IMG/VR virus record: IMGVR_UViG_3300025120_000065
Coordinates: 1 to 55,161 of that record
Source: a virus
Taxonomy: Duplodnaviria > Caudoviricetes
Length of the DNA: 55,161 nucleotides
Direction: 5' to 3' (one strand)
Shown here: piece after piece, positions 49,115 through 55,161 of the stretch
Layout of the letters: every line of letters begins with the position of its first letter
How positions within the stretch are numbered: the first letter of the stretch is position 1
Translations under genes and position numbers: made by a program
The notes under the pieces: generated by a model
The model's database searches: none
The model's input: only the letters and a program-made list of their open reading frames with translations
Told to the model about the DNA's origin: nothing

Positions 49115-49309
49115 TTAAAGTGTGCCTTGCATTTGATAACATTGATAACGAGCATAAAAGTTTCTACCCTTCATCATATTGCTTACGTCATCTTCTACCT
49201 GCGCTGTACAAGCAGCCTGACTAAAAAACCCTTGATCAGTACGAACTAACACATCACAGGTTTTAACGTCTACTGGAGAAACGCACATTAATATAACTGC
49301 AATCCACAT
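49115..49309 (-). CDS. Small Cys-containing protein
   Basis: TAATG coupling; four Cys. Confidence 0.65.
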   Translation of the reverse strand: MWIAVILMCVSPVDVKTCDVLVRTDQGFFSQAACTAQVEDDVSNMMKGRNFYARYQCYQMQGTL

Positions 49310-49449
49310 TACTTTTTCTTTTTAGCCATACCACCACGCATCATTTTTTTCTTAGCTGCCATACCGCCACCACGCATCATGGTTTTTTTAGCCATACCAC
49401 CGCCACGCATAGGTGTTTTCTTTTTCATTGCTCTAGGTTTCATTGCCAT
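49309..49449 (-). CDS. 46-aa Met/Lys/Gly-rich basic peptide (not in ORF track)
   Basis: MAMKPRAMKKKTPMRGGGMAKKTMMRGGGMAAKKKMMRGGMAKKKK; GGAG RBS; coupled to both neighbours. Confidence 0.75.
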   Translation of the reverse strand: MAMKPRAMKKKTPMRGGGMAKKTMMRGGGMAAKKKMMRGGMAKKKK

Positions 49450-49967
49450 TGTTTCTGTCTCCGTTGTCTTCTATCTAATACGAGTGCTTCATACTCGTCT
49501 TTAGGATATACATTATAGTATCCTAACTTTTCTAACCGTAAACTTGCGTCATCTACTTTACTTAAAGATTGAATAAACAACATAGCATATTCATCTTCTA
49601 TATCAGACTCCCACTCATGTTCATACAAAAAGTCTAAGTCTGCATCTTCTGCACCGTAGTCTGGATGAAACTCCATTATGTGCAAATCTCTAGGTGTGTA
49701 TGTATCGTTTAAAAATGTAGTAAACTCTTTAAGCTGCAGCGGTGACGGGAAGTAATATGATGCAACTACAACTAAGTCATACGTATTATCAAACATATTA
49801 GCTTGTGTAATAGCTTCAATGCCAAGGTGCTTAGTTTCTACTACACGTACTTTGTTTTGCTTCCATGCTTGCTGTGCATAAGGACATGCGGGTAGGCCAC
49901 CTAAAGCATCGTTAGGTACTTCTAATACTTTACTAGACCAATCTCGTATATCACTTTCTATGCTCAC
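49440..49967 (-). CDS. DUF1415-like protein
   Basis: LPACPYA and FHPD motifs. Confidence 0.5.
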   Translation of the reverse strand: MSIESDIRDWSSKVLEVPNDALGGLPACPYAQQAWKQNKVRVVETKHLGIEAITQANMFDNTYDLVVVASYYFPSPLQLKEFTTFLNDTYTPRDLHIMEFHPDYGAEDADLDFLYEHEWESDIEDEYAMLFIQSLSKVDDASLRLEKLGYYNVYPKDEYEALVLDRRQRRQKQWQ

Positions 49968-50452
49968 TATTTGAACAAGCCACCCTTACGCATGTCTACA
50001 TGACCCTTAGTAACTTTGCCACCACTCTTCATGTAGCCCATTTTATTACGTACAGCAGTAGGCAGTTTCTTCAGGCCAGACTGACTTGCAGAAGGTTTAG
50101 TGAGGCCACCTTTAGCGAAAGGTGTTTTAGGTAATGTTACAGGTTTAGCTTTACGATCTGAAGCAGCCTGTGCAGACTTACGACCCGCAAGATCTTTTTC
50201 TTTAGCCTGTTTAGCACGAATTTTATTTTCTTTCTTTTTTAATTCTGCCAAGAAAAATTTACGAAGCTCTGGATCTTCCATCTGTTTAATTTGAGAACGT
50301 GCTACACTTACATCTTTAAGTGTCTTAGCTTCATCAATAGCTGTTTTACTTGTAGAAGTTTTAGTAGCAATAGAACCTTTTTGTTCTGCTGTATCCCTTA
50401 CTACTTTAGATACTTTTTTTCCTGCCTTAGCAAGTGTCTTTGCAATGCCCAT
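49967..50452 (-). CDS. Lys-rich protein with three xxxGG motifs
   Basis: AGGAG before MGIAK; FAKGG, MKSGG, MRKGG. Confidence 0.75.
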   Translation of the reverse strand: MGIAKTLAKAGKKVSKVVRDTAEQKGSIATKTSTSKTAIDEAKTLKDVSVARSQIKQMEDPELRKFFLAELKKKENKIRAKQAKEKDLAGRKSAQAASDRKAKPVTLPKTPFAKGGLTKPSASQSGLKKLPTAVRNKMGYMKSGGKVTKGHVDMRKGGLFK

Positions 50453-50468
50453 CGGTATATCTCCTATA

Positions 50469-50762
50469 TTACCATTTAACTTTGTGTGACCAATATCTCG
50501 CACTTAGCTTACTAGGCTTAGAGTCTTGAGCATTGTGTCTAGCGTAATAGCTCTTTTTACGAGCTTTGTCTTTTGCAGTCTTAGGACTCTTACCAGCACC
50601 GCTTACACCCTGCTGTCCGAATCTAATAAATTTATATGTATCACCTTCTTTAGCCATTACGCAGTGTGACTTCTTAGGATGACTAGGAGTTCTCTTAGGT
50701 TTGTTAACGCCCTTGAGTCCTTCTTCTTTCATTTTAGTTTTAACTCTTTCAGGTACGCTCAT
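50469..50762 (-). CDS. Basic phage protein
   Basis: KFIRFGQQG, RKKSYYARH, SARYWS..KW. Confidence 0.75.
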   Translation of the reverse strand: MSVPERVKTKMKEEGLKGVNKPKRTPSHPKKSHCVMAKEGDTYKFIRFGQQGVSGAGKSPKTAKDKARKKSYYARHNAQDSKPSKLSARYWSHKVKW

Positions 50763-50961
50763 CCGTCCATCCCTCTTCACGCATAGCCCACTCTACATGC
50801 TCTAATGTAAATTTACGACCGTAGTGGGCTTCCACTGCAGTCTTTACATAGAATACATCGCTATGGGGAATATGTAAATCTTCAAGATTACCATCTAATA
50901 CGTGTCGGTAAAATTCTTCAAGAACATTATCTGTATATAGTTTTACTGATTTCTTTGCCAT
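50749..50961 (-). CDS. First gene of the late arm, hypothetical
   Basis: Downstream of the leftward promoter. Confidence 0.65.
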   Translation of the reverse strand: MAKKSVKLYTDNVLEEFYRHVLDGNLEDLHIPHSDVFYVKTAVEAHYGRKFTLEHVEWAMREEGWTDERT

Positions 50962-51150
50962 TGTCAATACTTAATTTGTACAAATATAAAAGGACTTGCC
51001 TACGGCAAGTTACCATTTAAATGTATCACTGTACGTGTATACTTACATATAATTATAGTTACATAATATTTAAGAGATTAGTATAAGTGATTATAAGTGT
51101 ATACTGTACGTGTATCACTTATAGTGACCCTACCCTAACTAACATATATA

Positions 51151-51178
51151 GTTTTACACATTATATAATACATGTCAA
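51151..51178 (-). promoter_or_regulatory. Putative promoter for the late arm
   Basis: TTGACA-N16-TAAAAC-TATAT, same layout as the capsid promoter. Confidence 0.65.
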
Positions 51179-51837
51179 CCCCTAATCGTACAGTTGTAAC
51201 ATTATGTGATATACTGAAACATTTTGTTACCTATAATGTATCACGATTTGTTTCACATGTGTAACCCTACGTGTATGTAAACCACCTTATGTGTATAGTG
51301 GTTAACAGTCACATTTTCCTGATCTGTGTATGAGTACATGTATATATATACGTATACCCCCCGCATGGCCCCTGCCCACCCGTGCATGACACACGTACAC
51401 ATCACACATCATGTGCTTGCATCGCTGGTGTACACATTATGCGACACACATCACACCAACACACGAGGAACTGTAACAAAAACAATGCTTTACGATACTG
51501 CGACAACTGTTATGTAATCAGTTGCCATACTAAAGTATGATGTGAACCACGGGATATAGAAAGGTGGTGAGTGTTGAAGAGTTGATGCATATTATCCTCT
51601 AACAGAGTTAGTGCCATCACAAATCAATCAAACCAATAGTGTCCAACATTGGACATGTCACAGTATAACTGTGGTAATTATGCAACACCAACTGTTTGCC
51701 CAACCCAAACTAGCCTCACGAGTTTAGCGCACGAACTTCGTAATTATTTATAATTACTGCAGTAGCATGGGAAACGACAGGCGCAGAGGATCACATGTGA
51801 AGAACCGACTTGACAGAACTTATACTATATTCTACTA

Positions 51838-51896
51838 GTTTATAAAGAGAACTATATCTCACTATTTGTGAGAGATATAGGTTCTCTCATATAAAC
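51838..51896. repeat. Long inverted repeat H1 before the first early gene
   Basis: AGAGAACTATATCTC/GAGATATAGGTTCTCT stem with one bulge; loop ACTATTTGTGA; TTGACA at 51810. Confidence 0.8.
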
Positions 51897-51921
51897 AGAA
51901 TATAGATAAAAGGATAAACCG

Positions 51922-52497
51922 ATGAAAAACTCAACAGCAACTTCAGGAACTTCAATCGACGCTTTAGTGAAAGAGGGCAAAGCCCTTGGATCAATTTGGC
52001 GTCAAGTGAACAGCCTCAAGCAAACCACCAAAGAGAGTGGTTTTGATACAAGGTTGGGTAAATTGCTACAGCAATTGAAAGCGTCATCAACTGTCGATAG
52101 TGGTCAAATACCAACACATGTTCTCCGAACACATGGTATTCAACAGATTGATCGTCGGCGTCGTTCAGAGGCTTTGTGGTTCGTTGAAAACGAAAAGGAG
52201 TGTCGCCAGTTTATCGTAGATAACAAGTTCAAAGGTTCATCACTGACAGCTTTACAAGCTGCAATGCGTAAGGCTGCTAAAGCAGATGACGCTGATAACA
52301 GCGAAGCTGAACCGTCCAATGTTGGACAATCTGAGGCTACTGAACAGCCAAAGGCTGATGCACCTAAGCAACGGTACTCCAAAACAGCCATTGTAAATGC
52401 TGTTATTGCTCAGGCTGAGCTCAACGAAGTTGACCTTGAAGAAATCATAAATGATTTAATTGAGGTACTTGCTGACCGTCAAACGGCTGCCGCATGA
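51922..52497 (+). CDS. First early protein, putative DNA-binding (DUF3102-like pattern)
   Basis: AAGGA RBS; RLGKLLQQLK...GQI...IDRRRRSEALWF; family call is tentative. Confidence 0.6.
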   Translation: MKNSTATSGTSIDALVKEGKALGSIWRQVNSLKQTTKESGFDTRLGKLLQQLKASSTVDSGQIPTHVLRTHGIQQIDRRRRSEALWFVENEKECRQFIVDNKFKGSSLTALQAAMRKAAKADDADNSEAEPSNVGQSEATEQPKADAPKQRYSKTAIVNAVIAQAELNEVDLEEIINDLIEVLADRQTAAA

Positions 52498-52694
52498 GGT
52501 ACAAAGTACCTAACACCAAAGCAAGCGTTGAGCAATCACAGCTTGACGCTGCTATGGCACAGTTCTGTGAACTCGCAGACGATATGAACCGTCCAACATT
52601 GGACACTTTGATTGCTAACACATTAACTCCTAAAGAGTTAAAGCAACACGAACCAACACTTATCTACGATAGTGGATGGAAGGATGTATCATGA
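52494..52694 (+). CDS. Hypothetical early protein
   Basis: ATGA overlap. Confidence 0.6.
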   Translation: MRYKVPNTKASVEQSQLDAAMAQFCELADDMNRPTLDTLIANTLTPKELKQHEPTLIYDSGWKDVS

Positions 52695-52858
52695 AGATTA
52701 TTCTCGCTATTGCTTGGTCTGTAATACTTGTATTACTTACCTATTTGACCATTGCCGTTGTATCACTCAATGGTCACTTGCATATACTCATTGGCATTGC
52801 GGTGCCTGTGGCAATGTTGGGCTTTATCACAATTTGTGAACGGCCTCTTGACAAGTAG
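52691..52858 (+). CDS. Two-TM early protein
   Basis: ATGA overlap; AAGGA RBS. Confidence 0.6.
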   Translation: MKIILAIAWSVILVLLTYLTIAVVSLNGHLHILIGIAVPVAMLGFITICERPLDK

Positions 52859-52924
52859 TATTACATAGTTATATAAACACTTGAAACTTTAGTGAAAGTG
52901 TTATATAACATATGTATAATACTA
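52856..52924 (+). promoter_or_regulatory. Inverted repeat H2 containing promoter TTGAAA-N17-TATAAC
   Basis: Nested arms around loop GAAACTTTAGTGA; -35 at 52881, -10 at 52904. Confidence 0.75.
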
Positions 52925-52932
52925 AAGATAAC

Positions 52933-53249
52933 TGAAACCGTCCAATGTTGGACACTTTAAACGGAGTTTATTATGGATTTAGATTTTTTCAGTGATTTGT
53001 ACAAAGATGTACATGGCATTAGACCTCGTGGTATTGTGCCAACACCAGAAATGGTGGACTACTTACAACGTGAGTTGGAATACCAACTTGCAGAGGAACG
53101 TGCCGATGAGGATGCAAGCATCAATGCTTGTATGGATCATGGTGCTCCCGACATAGACACTGCCATGCGGTGGCTTGAACAAGCTAACATCCACGCTGAG
53201 TGGGTATGATTGAAACCGTCCAATGTTGGACACTTTAAACGGAGTTTAT
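52933..53249 (+). repeat. 39-bp exact direct repeat (52933-52971, 53211-53249) flanking one gene
   Basis: TGAAACCGTCCAATGTTGGACACTTTAAACGGAGTTTAT twice. Confidence 0.95.
52973..53209 (+). CDS. Acidic early protein
   Basis: GGAG RBS; FSDLYKDVHGIRPR motif. Confidence 0.8.
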   Translation: MDLDFFSDLYKDVHGIRPRGIVPTPEMVDYLQRELEYQLAEERADEDASINACMDHGAPDIDTAMRWLEQANIHAEWV

Positions 53250-53253
53250 AAAA

Positions 53254-53448
53254 ATGTTGGAAATTACTCGTAGATCAATCGTTTCTGGTGTTGAAAACAC
53301 AATGAAACTTGACGTTACCATGCATGAGTACTTGCTATGGCGTGAGGGTATGCTCATCCAAGAGGCAATGCCTAACTTGTTAGCAGTGGAACGTGAGTTC
53401 CTCATTACAGGAATGAGTGAAGCGGAGCAAGCTGAACATTGTGTATAG
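53254..53448 (+). CDS. Early protein
   Basis: GGAG RBS; LIQEAMPNL...EREFLITG motif. Confidence 0.8.
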   Translation: MLEITRRSIVSGVENTMKLDVTMHEYLLWREGMLIQEAMPNLLAVEREFLITGMSEAEQAEHCV

Positions 53449-53504
53449 TATAAGTTATATATACTTGATACTTTAGTGAAAGTATATATAACTTATACAT
53501 ATAC
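53443..53504 (+). promoter_or_regulatory. Inverted repeat H3 (perfect 19-bp stem) containing promoter TTGATA-N16-TATAAC
   Basis: 53448-53466 pairs with 53480-53498; loop GATACTTTAGTGA. Confidence 0.8.
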
Positions 53505-53554
53505 TAACCACCACCGAAACCGTCCAATGTTGGACACTTTAAAAGGACGATACA

Positions 53555-54184
53555 ATGTATCAACGTGATGTAAATGAAATCAAAGCATTCGTAAAATGGC
53601 GTGGCCCAGATGCCTTGGTAAACACTGGCCTGTTTGTACTGCTTACGATACAAGCTGGCCTATCCACAGTACGTGGCAGCATGGTCAAGGTTGAACGTGA
53701 CTTCTACCAAGCTGATTGCTTGTGGGGTAAGAAAGCTGATGGCTACGAGTACCTAAACGAGAACCGTGATTTCTTATATGGCAAGCTGTATCACATTGCT
53801 GACACCAAAGGTTACGAAAGCGTAGAAGCGTGTGCCGATGTTATACAGTTGTTCATGGCTGTACCTAACCTTGGCATGGTCAAAGCTGCCTTCCTAGCTC
53901 AATGCTTAGGCTTCAATGTGGCATGTATTGACAGCCACAACATCAAGCGGTTGGGTATATCACCTAACCTTGTGAAGACGCCACCATCAGGCATGAAACC
54001 TGCGACAGTACGAAAGAAAGTTGAGCAGTATGTCGAACTGACCCAGCAAGAGGGCACTGAGTACTGGTGGAATACATGGTGCGAATATGTGGCAGGTAAT
54101 CGTGCCAACCGTGCTTTGGATACTGGTGACGTAGTGTCTAGGTATCATGTAGAATGTGTAACATATGGATTTGAACATGGCTAA
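53555..54184 (+). CDS. Helix-hairpin-helix DNA glycosylase-like protein
   Basis: VPNLGMVKAAF (HhH with Lys) followed by VACIDSHN (catalytic Asp region). Confidence 0.65.
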   Translation: MYQRDVNEIKAFVKWRGPDALVNTGLFVLLTIQAGLSTVRGSMVKVERDFYQADCLWGKKADGYEYLNENRDFLYGKLYHIADTKGYESVEACADVIQLFMAVPNLGMVKAAFLAQCLGFNVACIDSHNIKRLGISPNLVKTPPSGMKPATVRKKVEQYVELTQQEGTEYWWNTWCEYVAGNRANRALDTGDVVSRYHVECVTYGFEHG

Positions 54185-54347
54185 AAAAACTTCTGTAACA
54201 TACCGAAACCCTGTGGCAAAGGCAATGTTACAGGAGCGTAAATCACCACAAGTCGTGCCGCCTAAGAAAGGTGGCAAGGCTAAACACAACCGAAGAAAGG
54301 ACAATCTCAATGCGATACGAGATGCAAAACTTTATAAAGATGACTAA
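54177..54347 (+). CDS. Small basic early protein
   Basis: RNPVAKAM...KKG...NR pattern. Confidence 0.6.
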   Translation: MAKKTSVTYRNPVAKAMLQERKSPQVVPPKKGGKAKHNRRKDNLNAIRDAKLYKDD

Positions 54348-54453
54348 TAAAAAACCGTCCAATGTTGGACAGAAATCTACTCGTGATGAGTGGAAACGTG
54401 CTCGTAAAGTTGCACGTCAAACTAAACTAACCCTTCGTAAATCAGTAGCATAG
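54310..54453 (+). CDS. Small basic early protein (start uncertain)
   Basis: AAGG upstream; contains palindrome copy 7. Confidence 0.5.
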   Translation: MRYEMQNFIKMTNKKPSNVGQKSTRDEWKRARKVARQTKLTLRKSVA

Positions 54454-54464
54454 GAGCTAACACA

Positions 54465-54803
54465 ATGACCGACACTAATGTAAATGCACCCGTAGTAAAA
54501 ACTTCACACCCTGAGTTGTATGCAGAGCATACGTATCACATGAAGAAAGCCGTATGTTATACATATAACTACGTGGTAATTGACGAAGTTATTCGTGAGC
54601 TTTGGGGTGACATGACTATGGCAGAGATTGCCGAAGCGTTAAACGAGTACCCAAATCGTATTGCGTATCGTGTCCAAGTTTTAAAAGATCTTGGCGTAAT
54701 CAAAGGCAAGTATAACATGCACCGCTCAAACCTTATGCGGCAACGTAAAGAGGCGGCTACATGGCTGAAAGAAATTGACGCAGAGCTTGCAAAGGTAAGC
54801 TAA
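54465..54803 (+). CDS. Putative HTH DNA-binding early protein
   Basis: MTMAEIAEALNE...IAYRVQVLKDLGVI resembles a winged HTH. Confidence 0.6.
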   Translation: MTDTNVNAPVVKTSHPELYAEHTYHMKKAVCYTYNYVVIDEVIRELWGDMTMAEIAEALNEYPNRIAYRVQVLKDLGVIKGKYNMHRSNLMRQRKEAATWLKEIDAELAKVS

Positions 54804-55161
54804 TGCTCTACCTATTGTTCACACCTTTCGCTGGCTACTTTGCTATGCTAATTACTATTGTAATCATGCACAGTGTAGGCTATGACGTGAGAGGTGTGGA
54901 CACCTTCACTATCTGGTGTATATACATTCAGATATACGTATACTTATTTGTGATAAAAAAACTGAAAGGAATACAACATGACTAAACTAAAAACAAAACT
55001 AACTCGTGCGGAAGTACAGAAACTATGTGACTTGTACAACGCAATGGACACCATCCTAGATAATGCAGGTGAATCACTTGACGTGAGCCTCAGTAACTTA
55101 CATTGTATGCGTGACAAGGCGTGGGAACTGCGTGGCATGTTTGAGTTCAAACCTCAGAAGG
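54757..55161. repeat. Right copy of 405-bp end overlap
   Basis: Matches 1-405 with 3 substitutions. Confidence 0.97.

Larger units (their letters stand above)
51641..54370. repeat. Seven copies of palindrome GTCCAA-(TG/CA)-TTGGAC
   Basis: Cores start at 51641, 52314, 52591, 52940, 53218, 53522 and 54357. Confidence 0.95.

Noticed and set aside
51249-51266. parS-like TGTTTCAC-AT-GTGTAACC
   Set aside because: Single copy with a 2-nt insertion and mismatches relative to TGTTTCACGTGAAACA.
51326-51517. 63-aa ORF in the control region
   Set aside because: No RBS; composition reflects the TA/CA-rich repeats.
52856-53504. Integron attC sites or N4-type virion RNA polymerase hairpin promoters
   Set aside because: The arms lack the RYYYAAC...GTTRRRY layout, the stems and loops are much longer than N4 promoters, and no virion RNA polymerase is recognisable.
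52933-53543. CRISPR array suggested by palindromic repeats
   Set aside because: The intervals are 240-300 nt and contain whole genes; other copies are inside ORFs; no cas operon (the Cas4-like fold at 10440 is a usual phage exonuclease).
1-55161. tRNA or rRNA genes
   Set aside because: No cloverleaf with a T-loop motif seen in the few intergenic gaps; a tRNAscan run would be needed to exclude them fully.

Overview
This window is essentially one complete, circularly permuted genome of a marine podovirus: 54,756 bp of unique sequence plus a 405-bp end overlap with 3 mismatches. Gene content points to an HMO-2011-type alphaproteobacterial phage (Roseobacter/SAR116-like host). The evidence is a family A DNA polymerase with an inserted DnaJ-type CxxCxGxG pair, a tyrosine integrase directly upstream of separate primase and helicase genes, ThyX, class II RNR, endonuclease I and MazG, with no RNA polymerase found. 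Two arms diverge from a non-coding region at about 50970-51920. The early/replication arm is on + (51922 through the window end to 16134) and the late arm is on - (50961 down to 16168: small basic proteins, lysis, terminase, portal, scaffold, capsid, tail, internal proteins). They meet at a bidirectional terminator near 16150. Most notable: (1) four tandem six-bladed propeller modules at the tail fibre tip, two of them split by stop/restart at the same loop position; (2) seven copies of the palindrome GTCCAA-NN-TTGGAC and three long hairpins with related loops, confined to the early end; (3) a structured leader of about 225 nt before the capsid gene; (4) a recurring [FYM]xxGG motif in late proteins next to a candidate processing domain; (5) an unannotated DUF1127-like gene with its own promoter. 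All family assignments come from motif recognition by eye; no searches were run.
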